Shown: in pieces, positions 48,540 through 62,494 of the stretch
Numbering within the stretch: position 1 is the first letter of the stretch
Layout of the letters: every line of letters begins with the position of its first letter
From: Klebsormidium nitens
Lineage: Eukaryota; Plantae; Klebsormidiophyceae
Direction: 5' to 3'
Assembly: GCA_000708835.1 (NCBI GenBank)
Contig: DF238762.1
Coordinates: forward strand, 62,001-126,000
DNA length: 64,000 bases
Made by a program: the position numbers and the translations under genes
Notes under the pieces: generated by a model
Database searches by the model: none
Told to the model about the DNA's origin: nothing
The model's input: the letters and a program-made list of their open reading frames with translations, nothing else

Positions 48540-48985
48540 TAATGAATAATTAATTTGATTTCTGTCTCATGTAAGACTTACATGAGACACATGCTTTATC
48601 TACTCCAAAGCAGTTTGAGTCGGCGGTTTACTACATTAAAAGAAAAGTATTAAGGAAATGTTGTGTTTTGTATAAGAAAGCAATTACTAGATAAAAAATA
48701 TTTTGTTTTTTATATTACTTTTATCCTTTGCTTCACTTTTTTTCTTTATTTGACTTTTTCAACAATTTACTATTATGTAAATTGCGAATTGGATTTATTT
48801 ACTTTTGTAAATATGTAAATAGCTTTTTAAAAAGGTATAAAGTTTTTTATTTGATTTTTAGTTATACAAATAAACATTAAAAAAACTTATTATGTTTTTA
48901 TGTTTTTTAAATTGTTGATAAGGAGTCGAATAGCATTATTTGAACGAACACGCTGCACGATGCCCTATCGACATCGTACAAGCAA

Positions 48986-49435
48986 TTATCGCTTAGAAAA
49001 TTGAGAGGACTTACGAGCTTTTTTAAGCCCATATTTTTTTCTTTCTTTTACCCGAGGGTCTCGTCTCAAAAGACCTTGACGTTTAAGAGGCCGACGGTTG
49101 TCGGCTTGCATTTTGCAGAGAGCCCTAGCCACCCCTAAAGAAATAGCTTGAGCCTGAGCGGACAACCCTCCACCACGTACCCTTGCGACAATATCATGTC
49201 TATTTTCTTTAGCAAGCGCGAAAAGGGGAGCTTTAACCGCTTGAAGATAAGCAGGGTTATCTTGAAGATACACGCGTCCGCCGGTGCCATTGATCAAAAG
49301 ACGGCCTTTGCCTTTTATGAGTTGGACTCTTGCTACAGCACATTTACGTCGACCCGTACCTAAGAGTTTTACTTGTTTTAAAACACTTGTTGAAACATTA
49401 GACGTATTGAAATTTGCCGAAGTGTTTAATGTCAT
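48986..49435 (-). CDS. rps9: 30S ribosomal protein S9
   Basis: GTGRRKCAVARV...ERKKYGLKKARKSSQFSKR. Confidence 0.96.
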   Translation of the reverse strand: MTLNTSANFNTSNVSTSVLKQVKLLGTGRRKCAVARVQLIKGKGRLLINGTGGRVYLQDNPAYLQAVKAPLFALAKENRHDIVARVRGGGLSAQAQAISLGVARALCKMQADNRRPLKRQGLLRRDPRVKERKKYGLKKARKSSQFSKR

Positions 49436-49542
49436 TATTCTTATTGCTTGATTGGTTATAGGTTAAGAAGATTGAATCTTAAGAAATCAAGTTTTTTTGC
49501 ATCCAGTTGGCAAAAAAGCGAACTTTTTTAAAAATTTTGCTC

Positions 49543-50487
49543 TTATTGAATTTTGTTTTTTACATAGTTGTTCTTTGAATCAAATTGTTTATGAACAAGT
49601 ATGTTTGAAGGCACTGTTAAAGCAAATCGTAGAAGAGGAATATACACTGCAATTGCCTGTCTGGCAGCTCGTTGCACCGCTTCAATAGGCTGAATTGTTC
49701 CATTGGTCCAGATATCAAAAAGTAATAAATAGAAATGGTCTTGTTCTTGCTCGTTATATTTCTCAAAAGTTAGAGCACTTTGCTCTTTAGACAATTCGTT
49801 TTTTACTTGTTCTTTTTTTATAAAATGAGAATCTTTTTGATATAATGTATCGGATATTATTTCTTTTTTAAGACGTGAAGTGTTCTCGTTGAAATCAAAT
49901 CCGGTTTTTCGTTCAGTTTTTTGAATTTGATAATCAACTTGAAGAATTGGATTAAATCGTGCATCAAGAAGAAGTCCTTCTTCGTGTTCACCTCCATCTC
50001 GAATTCGAAAACCTGACCCTCTTTCAATAGTAAGTTCAAGCTCAAGTTCTAAAGGAACAACTACAGTTAGAATCGTTTGATTTGGGCTCAAACAATGTAT
50101 ACCTTCCGGTAAAAGAATATGTCTTGCTTCAAATACACCAACTTTCTGATCTATTTTTAATACAGCTGTTTTTCCTTTTATCGGCATGCCTAGCAGCACC
50201 ACTGAAGATAAATTCATCATTATGTCACGAATTGTTTCTCGAATTCCGGGAAGTGCGAGGTATTCGTAACATTTTTTTTCTCTTTTTGTAAGCCATGAAT
50301 GTCTAATTTTTAGTGTCCCAAAGCATGTTCCTTCAAAGCCTTTTAACAAACAACGTCTTAGACCAACAGCAAGAGTTGTAGCTTCTGAATGAGATAAAGG
50401 AGCAAGCATTATTCGTTCATGGTGTAGAGAAGTTGATATCTGTACCTGCTGTAAAGATTGAACTCTATATCTAGACGTCGGAGTCAT
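49543..50487 (-). CDS. rpoA: RNA polymerase alpha (divergent, no recognisable CTD)
   Basis: LALPGIRETIRDIMMNL, FDIWTNGTIQP; canonical position after rps11. Confidence 0.88.
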   Translation of the reverse strand: MTPTSRYRVQSLQQVQISTSLHHERIMLAPLSHSEATTLAVGLRRCLLKGFEGTCFGTLKIRHSWLTKREKKCYEYLALPGIRETIRDIMMNLSSVVLLGMPIKGKTAVLKIDQKVGVFEARHILLPEGIHCLSPNQTILTVVVPLELELELTIERGSGFRIRDGGEHEEGLLLDARFNPILQVDYQIQKTERKTGFDFNENTSRLKKEIISDTLYQKDSHFIKKEQVKNELSKEQSALTFEKYNEQEQDHFYLLLFDIWTNGTIQPIEAVQRAARQAIAVYIPLLRFALTVPSNILVHKQFDSKNNYVKNKIQ

Positions 50488-50508
50488 GGTATCTGTCTCG
50501 TTGTGATT

Positions 50509-50901
50509 CTAGAGCCTTCTTTTCTTGGGTGGTCTACACCCATTATGAGGAATAGGCGTAACATCTCGTACTAAAGTTACACTTAGTCCCCCAATTCTTA
50601 GTGCACGCAAAGCCATATCTCTTCCTGGTCCTGGCCCACTCATTAGGACTTCAGCTTGCTTTAAACCTTGATCAAGAGAACGTCTTACTGCACTTTCAGT
50701 CGCCATTTGACTTGCAAATGGGGTACGCTTTTTGCGTCCTTTAAATCCGCAGGCTCCTGAAGAAGACCAAGATAAAACTCCACCACGTAAATCAGTAACA
50801 GTTACAATAGTATTATTGTAAGTTGCTTGAATATGAACAATACCTTTAGGAACTCTTCGCTTAGACTTGCGATTGCTGATCTTTCTAAATGTTCTGGCCA
50901 T
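50509..50901 (-). CDS. rps11: 30S ribosomal protein S11
   Basis: [12 protein letters not shown]...[17 protein letters not shown]. Confidence 0.97.
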   Translation of the reverse strand: MARTFRKISNRKSKRRVPKGIVHIQATYNNTIVTVTDLRGGVLSWSSSGACGFKGRKKRTPFASQMATESAVRRSLDQGLKQAEVLMSGPGPGRDMALRALRIGGLSVTLVRDVTPIPHNGCRPPKKRRL

Positions 50902-51018
50902 CTGCTATGATCTTTTTTTTATTGATTGAAGCCTTTTTGTTGTATTTTTTTTGTTTTTATCTAAGCCCCCTTTATAAAAAAATATGAAAAAAGAGGAAGA
51001 TGAGAAAAGCATAAAACA

Positions 51019-51099
51019 TTATCCTTGTCTTTGTTTATGTTTAGGGTTGTTACAGAGAACCATAACTTTTCCCCGTCTTCGAATCAAACGACAACTTTC
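51019..51099 (-). CDS. rpl36: 50S ribosomal protein L36, exon 2
   Basis: [26 protein letters not shown]. Confidence 0.93.
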   Translation of the reverse strand, partial: ESCRLIRRRGKVMVLCNNPKHKQRQG

Positions 51100-51620
51100 G
51101 CTTGGATAGGACATCTAAGGTTGTCCTTCTTTTTAGAACCGGACATGAGCTTTTTTCTGCTCATCCGGCTCTGGCCTACTTCTCTATTAATGGTTTTAAC
51201 AACCCTTGTTAAGAAAAGGCAGCAAACTTATGAACTTCTTATGAATTAAGTTTACTTCCTTTCATCCAAAAATTGGATGTTAATCAATTTGCCTGGGTCA
51301 GCAATTAGAGAATTTTGGAGCCTAGCTTGTACCGTTCCCTCTTTGTTCTTGTTAAATGCTAAACTAACATGCTCTGTGAATGCTAGTCTTTAGAGTGTTT
51401 AACAGGGAAAAGCATATATCTGTGCATGCAGTTATTTCGATACTTTGTTGCCAGTTAATGATTATCACTCCATTATTCTTTCAGATTTATGACTGGCTTT
51501 TAAGCCTCATTTTCTTCCTAGCTTTCACGAACTGCGTCTCCACAACTCGTCTAGGATAATCGTATCTTTTTAGCATCATTTAGCTTTCAAGATTTTCTCA
51601 CCCATGGTTATAGATCGCAA
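51100..51620 (-). other. Group IIB intron in rpl36 after nt 33
   Basis: TTGCG...CCTATCCAAGC, domain V plus 51136-51171, bulged A at -8, EBS1 ACAGAT (plus 51418-51423) pairs with ATCTGT. Confidence 0.92.
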
Positions 51621-51653
51621 ACAGATCTTACGCACTGAAGCACGTACCTTCAT
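51621..51653 (-). CDS. rpl36: 50S ribosomal protein L36, exon 1
   Basis: MKVRASVRKIC; spliced total 37 aa. Confidence 0.93.
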
Positions 51654-51733
51654 ATTAATTTTTGCGTTACTAAATTATTGATTATCTACTCTCGAGTAAG
51701 AATGGACCTTAAGCAATTTTAAGTTTTAATTGA

Positions 51734-52129
51734 TTACCAAATAAAACATAACACCTCACCCCCAATCTTCTTTTCTCTAGCTTTTTTTCCAGTCATAATT
51801 CCTTCAGGTGTCGATAGGATGGCAATCCCTACTCCTCCTAATACTCCAGGTATTTCTTTGTGATTAAAGTAGACACGTAAGCCTGGTTTGCTTATTCTTC
51901 GAAGGCCAGTAAGGCAAGGCGCTCGATCTTTCCCTTTATAACGAAGTGTAAGACTAATTTTTGGTTTTTTACCAGGAATACGTAACCAATGCTCAAGATA
52001 GCCTTCTTCATACAGGATTTGAGAAAGGCTTTCTGTCACTTTTGTAGCAGAATATTGGGTTGTTCTTTCTCGGTTCTTACTAGCATTACGTATAGATGTG
52101 ATCAATCCAGCAACCGTGTCATTGTTCAT
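51734..52129 (-). CDS. rps8: 30S ribosomal protein S8
   Basis: LRRISKPGLRVY...ILSTPEGIMT...GGEVLCFIW. Confidence 0.96.
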   Translation of the reverse strand: MNNDTVAGLITSIRNASKNRERTTQYSATKVTESLSQILYEEGYLEHWLRIPGKKPKISLTLRYKGKDRAPCLTGLRRISKPGLRVYFNHKEIPGVLGGVGIAILSTPEGIMTGKKAREKKIGGEVLCFIW

Positions 52130-52209
52130 TCAATTGAATGTTCATATAAATCAATAATTGAGAGAGGAATCTCTCTTTATTTCATTCTTTGATCAGATTT
52201 TTTTAATAT

Positions 52210-52566
52210 TTATTTAGGCCTAACAAATAGAGTAATGTTACAAGTAGGCTTTCTAATCGGAAAAGCTCGGCCTTGTGCTCGGGGTCGAAAGCGCCGCATC
52301 TTAGGTCCTTGATCAACCCAAGCATTGCTTATGTAAAGTTCCGCTCTCTCTAATCCAAAATTATTTTTTGCATTTGCCCCTGCTGCATACACTACTTTTA
52401 AAATGGGGATCATTGCTCGGTAAGGAAGAAACTCAAGCAAAACTAGTGCGTCAAGATAAGTGCGTCCTCGTATTTGATCAAGCACCCTCCGTACCTTATA
52501 AGGGGACATTGTGACTCCCCGAAGCACAGCTTTTTTGTCTAGCTCATTATTCTTTATGCGAACCAT
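52210..52566 (-). CDS. rpl22: 50S ribosomal protein L22
   Basis: MSPYKVRRVLDQIRGR...RFRPRAQGRA. Confidence 0.96.
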   Translation of the reverse strand: MVRIKNNELDKKAVLRGVTMSPYKVRRVLDQIRGRTYLDALVLLEFLPYRAMIPILKVVYAAGANAKNNFGLERAELYISNAWVDQGPKMRRFRPRAQGRAFPIRKPTCNITLFVRPK

Positions 52567-52581
52567 ATAAAGCTCCCTAAA

Positions 52582-52860
52582 CTATCGACGTGATTTCTTA
52601 TCTCCTTTGGGGTGACCACGAAAGGTACGGGTTGGAGAAAACTCTCCCAATTTATGTCCTACCATTTCATCCGTAATAAACAGAGGTATGTGTTCTCTTC
52701 CATTATGTACACCAATTGTGTGCCCAATCATGAGAGGAAGAATTGTAGAGCAGCGTGACCATGTTATTACTACTTCTTTTCCGCCCTTTGCATTCAAGCG
52801 CCTTATCTTGCTAAGAAGATGATCTGCAACAAAAGGACCCTTTTTTAAAGATCTTGCCAT
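52582..52860 (-). CDS. rps19: 30S ribosomal protein S19
   Basis: [11 protein letters not shown]...[11 protein letters not shown]. Confidence 0.97.
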   Translation of the reverse strand: MARSLKKGPFVADHLLSKIRRLNAKGGKEVVITWSRCSTILPLMIGHTIGVHNGREHIPLFITDEMVGHKLGEFSPTRTFRGHPKGDKKSRR

Positions 52861-52890
52861 TTCTACCTCTTCAATCAACCGTTGGTTTTT

Positions 52891-53745
52891 TTATAAAACA
52901 GACTTACCAGATTTGCGTCGGCGCAAAATTAATACACTACTATGTTTGTGACGATCCCGAGTGCGTCTTCCTAAAGTTGGAAAACCCCATGGGGTAAGTG
53001 GTCTTTTGCGGCCTACAGGTGCACGCCCTTCTCCTCCACCATGAGGGTGATCCACAGGGTTCATTGCAGCTCCTCGTACTTTCGGACGACGACCTACCCA
53101 TCTCTTCCATCCTGCTTTCTTTGCAGGTAAACCCCAACCTGGGTGCCAGCTTACTTGTCCAATTACTGCATAACAACGCTGAGGGACTAAACGAACTTCA
53201 CCAGAGGGCATGCGTAAAGCAGCAAAAAGCCCTTCTTTAGCGATTAGTAGAGCTAAAGAACCAGCTGCTCGAGCAATTTGTCCTCCTTGTCCAGGCTGTA
53301 GCTCGATATTGTGTACTGCTGTTCCTAATGGAATACGCCTTAGAGGGAGAGCATTACCTGCTTCAATCGGGGCATTTGGACTTGCAATTAAGTGATCACC
53401 TCTACGCAATCCTCGACATCCTAAAACGTAGCTCTTTTCTCCGTCCTCATAGTGAACCAAACTGATAGGGGCACTTCGGTTTGGATCATATTCAACTGTA
53501 GTCACAAGACCAATAATCTCCAATTTTTTCCTTTGAAACTCAATAAGACGGTATTTTCTTTTATGCCCTCCCCCACGATGACGACTAGTGATTACACCCC
53601 TATTGTTGCGTCCTTGTTTACGATGCTGACCCGAGACTAACCGTCTCTGAGGACCAGGTTTCCAACTATGTCTCTCCCATTCCCATACATAATTTTTCTG
53701 TGCCTTTGAGCGCAATAGCCTTAATTTGCGGCTAACTACTTTCAT
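52891..53745 (-). CDS. rpl2: 50S ribosomal protein L2, intronless, divergent N-terminus
   Basis: [29 protein letters not shown]. Confidence 0.96.
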   Translation of the reverse strand: MKVVSRKLRLLRSKAQKNYVWEWERHSWKPGPQRRLVSGQHRKQGRNNRGVITSRHRGGGHKRKYRLIEFQRKKLEIIGLVTTVEYDPNRSAPISLVHYEDGEKSYVLGCRGLRRGDHLIASPNAPIEAGNALPLRRIPLGTAVHNIELQPGQGGQIARAAGSLALLIAKEGLFAALRMPSGEVRLVPQRCYAVIGQVSWHPGWGLPAKKAGWKRWVGRRPKVRGAAMNPVDHPHGGGEGRAPVGRKRPLTPWGFPTLGRRTRDRHKHSSVLILRRRKSGKSVL

Positions 53746-54235
53746 GTTGTATCCTTTTTACGCCTATAGATGTTACTAAATCATATATTAATTCCTGAAT
53801 CAAAGTAGATTTTCAAACTTTGATTTTTTTTTGCAATAAACTTTTTGTATATCTATCTGTCAAAAATTGTATTTTTATTTTGTCAACGTGTTTTATGACA
53901 ATAAAAAGAATTAACATTGTATACGAATACAATATATAACTTTTAACAATAAGTTTATAAGCGCAACTCTAAAAAAGTAAAATTGTCATATTTTTCATAA
54001 AATAATAAAAATATTGCTTTGCGATTGTTCCCAAATGTCAATATAATTTTAAATGGTTTGCTAGTATTTTCTAAATAGCCTACTTTAACATTCAAGACTA
54101 TTTATATATAACCAAATGAACTTTGTATAGTTCTCTTCATAGTTTAAAAACAGCTTGTAGTTTTTTTATTAAAGAGTAATAACTTTAATAGTTTGATATT
54201 TTTTAGCTATTTGCCAATGAATGAAATAAGAATTT

Positions 54236-54309
54236 TGCATCCAGCAGGAGTCGAACCCGCTAACTCTCCAATTATGAGTTGGGCGCTTTCACCGTTCAGC
54301 CATGGATGC
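54236..54309 (-). tRNA. trnI: tRNA-Ile(CAU)
   Basis: GCATCCATGGCTGAA...CCCAACTCATAATTGG, the plastid trnI-CAU scaffold. Confidence 0.9.
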
Positions 54310-54347
54310 ATTCTTTTTTGTTATGCAGTTTTTTAAAAAAAGAAGTT

Positions 54348-54701
54348 TTATGATAATTTTTGCTTAAGGCGGTTCTTTTTAGAATGAAATGAACGCAAAT
54401 AGTATAGTTTACTTCTACGAATTTTATATCGACGAAGCACTTGAATAGTTGCAATCTTTGCAGAATGAAGAAGTAACACTCTTTCAACATTTACGACTTG
54501 TGCTAATCGTCGTAGTGTAACTGTTGTACTTGCTTGATTTGAATGAATTCCAAGTACTGTACCTTGAAAGGGTTGAATTCGAGATTTGTTGCCTTCTTGA
54601 ATTAAGACTCCGACCCTTAATAGATCTCCAGGTCCAATGACTGGAATGCTGGGCTTGCATTCTTTCGCTTGCAACTTTCCAAGTAATTCTTGATAGCTCA
54701 T
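54348..54701 (-). CDS. rpl19: 50S ribosomal protein L19
   Basis: IQEGNKSRIQPFQG...RRSKLYYLR. Confidence 0.94.
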   Translation of the reverse strand: MSYQELLGKLQAKECKPSIPVIGPGDLLRVGVLIQEGNKSRIQPFQGTVLGIHSNQASTTVTLRRLAQVVNVERVLLLHSAKIATIQVLRRYKIRRSKLYYLRSFHSKKNRLKQKLS

Positions 54702-54799
54702 ATTATGTTTCTGATTTTTTTAACGATCGGGTTTATTCTTTTTGACAACGTTTGCTTTGCTTTTTTAATGCATTTTTCAATCTTTCAATTGAAAGATAT

Positions 54800-54873
54800 T
54801 GGCGGAGACAGGATTTGAACCTGTAACCTCAAGGTTATGAGCCTTGCGAGCTACCTAGTTGCTCTACTCCGCT
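54800..54873 (-). tRNA. trnfM: Initiator tRNA-fMet(CAU)
   Basis: CAAGG-CTCATAA-CCTTG arm, A1xC72 mismatch. Confidence 0.92.
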
Positions 54874-55321
54874 AATTTTATTTAAGTATATTAGATTTAA
54901 ACTTAAATATCAAGCTTGTATTTTGAGTATGAACTATTCTTTTTCAATTTCAAATAGTCCAAAAGTTTAATGATTACTGAAAAATATGCAATAATTAATA
55001 TATTAAAAATTGTTATTCTCAGTTGCTTTTTTCTTTTTAAAATGAAGTAACTAAGTAGAGGTAGAATCTTTTTTATTGTAAATTGATACAACAAATAAAT
55101 GTTCTCTACTTATTTGCTTTATTCGAAGTAGATGCATTTGTATGATATCTTATTTAAAATAAGATATTTTCTGATGTGTATAAATAAACACATTCTATAT
55201 TTTGATAAAATAGTTTTAGTAACTATTTCTACCCGATTATCTAAAATATTCAATATTAAGGATTCTATTTGATCAAGAACTCAGGTGGCAGAAAAGAAGT
55301 AAAATTGCAAAGCAAATTTAG

Positions 55322-57779
<2,458 letters not shown>

Positions 57780-57797
57780 AGATTTGATAATTTAGAT

Positions 57798-57824
57798 GAG
57801 TCGGAGAGAATCGATCTCCGACTC
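57798..57824 (+). terminator. Stem-loop after psbC
   Basis: GAGTCGGAGA...TCTCCGACTC. Confidence 0.7.
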
Positions 57825-57931
57825 GCCGTATTCTTTTTTTTCTAAGAAAAATCGATTGAATCATTTTTTAGTACATCTAAAATTTTTATTCTTTAATTTT
57901 TAATACGTCTCTTTTTTATTTTATTCGGACG

Positions 57932-58822
57932 ATGAGCAAAGTACAAACTGGTCTTTCTGTGTTACGTGGCTGGGTTATACGTTTTTTAGATCAAGAATTA
58001 GAAATAGCTTGCACGGCGGTGCGCCAGATTCAAGAAATTGAAAGAGTTTACATTCGTTATCAAGATGCACCACATCTAACCTATGATCAGTTTCAGACTT
58101 TAAGGCTTTATTTAGATACGATCCGAGAACAAGCTTTAGATGAAATGGAGCAAAGCCTACTTCATTTTGAAAGATTTTTTTGGTTCCGAACAGAACAAAA
58201 GCAACTTACTTTTCAAAACAAGCTTTGGTTTATTGAAGGGATTGTATGGGAAATGAATCAATCAACAGAAATTCTTCAACAACAGCTTAAAATAAATGGT
58301 CTAACTGCTGACGAACCAATTGGGCTTATTCCTAGATCAATAGCTCGAACGTTTTCACGTTTACAAACCGAGTTGGATCCTGATGCAGAACCTTTGCTTA
58401 TGCAAGAGTTTAAACTGATTCGTTACCAAGCGATAGCCTCGTTTCAATTTTTAGGTCATTTGTTATTTTTTCCATGGGTATCTCAACAAATTCTTAAAAT
58501 CTTTTTTTTTAAGCCCATCCTTTCGCATTGGTGGAATACAGGACAACGAGAGCTTTTTCTTAATTCTTTTCAAGAACAAAAAGCACTTGAAGAACTTCAA
58601 AAATTAGAGGACACTGCATGGCTTGATTTACTTATGACTTATTCATCTGAGGTTCCTCTATCTCTTTTTATCAATACGATTCATGAAAGAGCATTACAAC
58701 TTGTAGCAAGTACTAATGATTATAGTATCCAAGCTTTAGTGCAACTTTGTACTGATGGGATTTTTGTTTGCACATTGCTTTTATTACTTGCATTTAGCCA
58801 AAGAAAATTGTCTCTTGCTCAA
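57932..58822 (+). CDS. cemA: Envelope membrane protein CemA, exon 1
   Basis: PIGLIPRSIARTFSRLQTELDP, WWNTGQRELFLN; ends ...LSLAQ before GTGCG. Confidence 0.9.
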
Positions 58823-59313
58823 GTGCGTGCTGTCAAAGTTTGTGGGTTTTATAAAAATGAAAAAAAATGCTAACCAATCACAAAAAGTTTTTGGGACAGT
58901 AGCATGCATTGATTTATTTTAAGTTTTTAAAAACTTGAAAATTTTTGATGTCACAATTTAGTTTTTGTTATTTATTAACTTTGTCTTTAAACGTAGATTG
59001 TTTATTGCTTTGCTATTTTTGATAGCGTGCAGGTGGATATTAACCGGACCAGAGAGAGCGCTCCGGTTTATTTTAGTTAAATATGGTCCACAAGTTTGAA
59101 GAAAATTTTTAAGGACAACAAATATTGTGAAAAATCACCCTAATCTTTAAACAGTTATATCGGTTCAAAACGCTGGTAGAGCCCAAGAAATTTTCGGGCC
59201 AAAATGAAAATCTTGTATTCTCTTACAAGAAAGTCATTCTTGTGAGCCGAGTGTTCTATTTGGCACATGCTCGGTTCGAAAGTCAAAACAAAAATGATCA
59301 AGTTTTGTCTTAT
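58823..59313 (+). other. cemA group II intron 1
   Basis: GTGCG...GTCTTAT, domain V 59244-59277. Confidence 0.87.
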
Positions 59314-59346
59314 TCGTTAATATATGAGCTGTTTTATAGCTTGAGT
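59314..59346 (+). CDS. cemA: CemA, exon 2 (33 nt)
   Basis: SLIYELFYSLS, supplying the conserved (Y)SLS before DTMKAF. Confidence 0.85.
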
Positions 59347-59836
59347 GTGCGTCTTTTAACCTATTTGCAGCAAGCTTTCTTCGCTATAGTAAAACTAAAA
59401 AGGTCGCTGAGGAGCGGGCTATTACAGCTAGTGTTACTTTTTTTAATTCTTAAAAGGTAGTAAAAATGAATAAGCAATATGAATCACCTTGTAGATTAGA
59501 TCCCAAATGAAGTGGAAATTTTCAACGAAAGTGCTTGCTAATGCTCAATAGCGAGGTCTTGTGATTTTAGAGGGTGTACAAGCTTGACCTTAGTAAAGAT
59601 AATTGAAAGCTGCAAAATATAGAAAAGTCAATTTCCATAGACAATATTCTCTATGGAGATCAGGAAAAAAGATATAATAAGCAAAGTACTTTGTATTTTT
59701 TCTTATCTAGCATCAATAAGAAGATTTTTGATTAACAGATTATTTGAAATTGAATGCTAGTGAAAGAGCCGTATGAAACTTGTATTCGTTTCACGTCCGG
59801 TTCAAAAGGAGGGAGATAAAAAGATCCTATCTCACC
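59347..59836 (+). other. cemA group IIB intron 2
   Basis: GTGCG...CCTATCTCACC, domain V 59766-59803, bulged A 59829 at -8, EBS1 GCTCAA (59543-59548) pairs with TTGAGT. Confidence 0.9.
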
Positions 59837-60088
59837 GATACCATGAAAGCTTTTTTAATTTTGCTTTTTACAGATTTATTAATAGGTTTTCATTCTCCTC
59901 ATGGATGGGAAATATTAATTGAATCTTTTATGACATATCTTGGTTTTGCTCCAAACCAATATGTTGTTTCTCTTTTTGTTTCTACTTTCCCAGTTATTGT
60001 AGATACAGTCTTTAAGTATTGGATCTTTCGTCATCTTAATCGCGTATCTCCCTCTATTGTGGTAACTTACCATACGATGAGTGAATAA
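59837..60088 (+). CDS. cemA: CemA, exon 3
   Basis: [25 protein letters not shown]...[12 protein letters not shown]. Confidence 0.93.
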   Translation, partial: DTMKAFLILLFTDLLIGFHSPHGWEILIESFMTYLGFAPNQYVVSLFVSTFPVIVDTVFKYWIFRHLNRVSPSIVVTYHTMSE

Positions 60089-60186
60089 TCTTCCTTCTCC
60101 TTTGTTACGTCTAGAGGTACCATGAGGTAAGGGGTGAGCTTAGTCTCTAGGCGCAGGGGAGGATCATTGATACATTTATCCAAGAA

Positions 60187-61131
60187 ATGCTCCATCATAA
60201 AAGTTTTTTGTTCAAAACCTTTCTTTTTTTTATTTCCATTATAAGTTTACTAGGTTTGCCTAGCTTTTCTTATGCATATCCTGTTTTTGCCCAGCAAGGA
60301 TATGAAAATCCTAGAGAGGCGACTGGTCGAATTGTTTGTGCGAACTGTCATTTGGCAAAGAAGCCAGTAGATCTTGAAGTTCCACAATCTGTTCTTCCCA
60401 ATACAGTATTTGAAGCTGTAGTAAAAATTCCTTATGATTTACAAGCTAAGCAAGTGTTAGGCAATGGCAAAAAAGGAGGGTTAAATGTAGGGGCTGTTCT
60501 TGTACTGCCTGAAGGGTTTCAACTCGCACCTCCCGAAAGGCTTTCTCCCGAGCTTAAAGAAAAAGTAGGGAATTTAGCTTTTCAACCTTACAATTCTGAA
60601 CGTAAGAATATACTTGTTGTAGGACCTTTACCAGGAAAAAAATACCAAGAGATCGTATTTCCGATCTTATCTCCTGACCCAACTACCCAAAAAGGTGCAT
60701 ACTTTTTAAAATATAGCTTTCATGTTGGTGCAAATCGAGGACGAGGGCAAATTTATCCGAATGGTAGTAAAAGCAACAATACTGTGTATAGCGCGTCTTC
60801 GACTGGAACAATTACCCAAATTTCTAATCGAGATAAGGGAGGTTTTGAAGTAACAATTGAAGCTGCTGATGGAGCTAAAGTGGTAGATGTAGTGCCGTCT
60901 GGGCCTACATTGATTGTATCGAAAGGCGATACTATTAAAGCTGATCAACCTCTTACAAATAACCCAAATGTTGGAGGTTTTGGACAGGCTGACGCCGAAG
61001 TTGTTTTACAAGATCCTACGAGGCTTACTGGCTTGATTTTATTCTTTGGTTCTGTTGTTATTGCTCAAATTTTCTTGGTTTTGAAGAAAAAGCAATTTGA
61101 AAAAGTTCAGCTTGCTGAAATGAACTTTTAA
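60187..61131 (+). CDS. petA: Apocytochrome f
   Basis: [25 protein letters not shown]. Confidence 0.99.
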   Translation: MLHHKSFLFKTFLFFISIISLLGLPSFSYAYPVFAQQGYENPREATGRIVCANCHLAKKPVDLEVPQSVLPNTVFEAVVKIPYDLQAKQVLGNGKKGGLNVGAVLVLPEGFQLAPPERLSPELKEKVGNLAFQPYNSERKNILVVGPLPGKKYQEIVFPILSPDPTTQKGAYFLKYSFHVGANRGRGQIYPNGSKSNNTVYSASSTGTITQISNRDKGGFEVTIEAADGAKVVDVVPSGPTLIVSKGDTIKADQPLTNNPNVGGFGQADAEVVLQDPTRLTGLILFFGSVVIAQIFLVLKKKQFEKVQLAEMNF

Positions 61132-61879
61132 GATGATTTAGTTCGCTAAAAAAAATTGACTCTTTCTATTTCAACAAATAAACCAAGCATTCGTCCTTTT
61201 TGCTCAAAGCCTAAGTTAGTCAACTTTTTGCAAGGAATTTTATAATCAAAGTACTCACAATTGAGTACAATCAGGAACTATGAGCATCAATAGGCCCTGT
61301 CTATTTAGGTGTGCCGAACAACAACTATTTCTTTTAAAAAAGAAGTTTTTTGTTTTGCATAGTAGTGATTATAAGCCAATATTTCATCAAACTATTCTTT
61401 TTTTTCGACTTCGAGAGAACAGATTGTTGTCGCAAAAGTGTGGCTTATTTTTTTTTCAAGCAAACATATGTTTTTTTGGATTTATAGTTCTTACGCATAG
61501 AAAAAAGAACTTCATTGATTTATTTCTTATAACGAGCAAAAAATCGTACGTTTATATAAAACCAAATTTGATATTTGGTGCTCACTTTCATGCCTATATG
61601 TTGAGTATTCGTTGTAGATCGAATTGCCTTGAACACACTTTTCAGTGGGATACGATTATCAATACTCATCCCTTGGCTAAAGAGGTAATCGATTACTTAG
61701 GTGGGGCTTTCTCTGCTTTTTAAAAGCACCGTTACTGAATATTTTTGTGATTCATATGCTTTAGTGGTATAATGATTGTGCAGGGAAAGGTTAATATGTG
61801 CTGCACAAAGTTTGTGTGCACTGATCTACCCAATTTAGCCGCTCCATCTACAAGGAGTAATCTAAGAAAGGAGGCTCTC

Positions 61880-62131
61880 ATGTCGGGAAACACTGGGGAA
61901 CGCCCCTTTGCAGACATTCTTACAAGTATTCGCTATTGGGTGATTCATAGCATTACCATACCTTCTCTTTTTGTTGCTGGCTGGCTTTTTGTAAGTACCG
62001 GGTTGGCTTACGATGTGTTTGGAAGCCCTCGTCCAAATGAGTATTTTACAGAAGATCGTCAAGAAGTTCCCTTAGTGACTGATCGTTTCGGCTCTTTAGA
62101 ACAAATCAACGGCTTTACCAAAGGAATTTAG
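61880..62131 (+). CDS. psbE: Cytochrome b559 alpha
   Basis: [28 protein letters not shown]. Confidence 0.98.
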   Translation: MSGNTGERPFADILTSIRYWVIHSITIPSLFVAGWLFVSTGLAYDVFGSPRPNEYFTEDRQEVPLVTDRFGSLEQINGFTKGI

Positions 62132-62140
62132 GAGGCATTT

Positions 62141-62263
62141 GTGACTATCGATAACAGTTCTTATCCAATCTTTACTGTCCGATGGCTCTCGGTGCACGCT
62201 TTGGCTGTTCCTACGGTGTTTTTCCTTGGAGCAATTACTGCAATGCAATTCATCCAGCGTTAA
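62141..62263 (+). CDS. psbF: Cytochrome b559 beta (GTG start)
   Basis: [38 protein letters not shown] upstream. Confidence 0.97.
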   Translation: MTIDNSSYPIFTVRWLSVHALAVPTVFFLGAITAMQFIQR

Positions 62264-62284
62264 AAAATCTATAGGAGCATCGAC

Positions 62285-62401
62285 ATGACCGAGCCTAATC
62301 CAAACAAGCAGACCGTGGAGCTCAATCGGACAAGTCTCTACTGGGGGCTTCTTCTTATTTTTGTGCTTGCGATCTTATTTTCAAACTACTTTTTTAACTA
62401 G
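62285..62401 (+). CDS. psbL: PSII protein L
   Basis: [27 protein letters not shown]... Confidence 0.97.
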   Translation: MTEPNPNKQTVELNRTSLYWGLLLIFVLAILFSNYFFN

Positions 62402-62494
62402 CCTGCTAAGGGCAGATAGCCTCATAGGCTATCGTTTGCAAGCTATAAGGAAAGAGTTACCGCTTTGAGTGAATACCAAAAATAAGGAGAGAGA

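Noticed and set aside
58823-59836. cemA region as a twintron
   Set aside because: An in-frame conserved 33-nt exon separates two independent introns.
61280-61880. 147-aa ORF, GTGTG at 61309 and a weak domain V-like hairpin near 61836 in the petA-psbE spacer
   Set aside because: The ORF is low-complexity, the hairpin's lower stem is mismatched and there is no room for domain VI; no supportable intron or gene.
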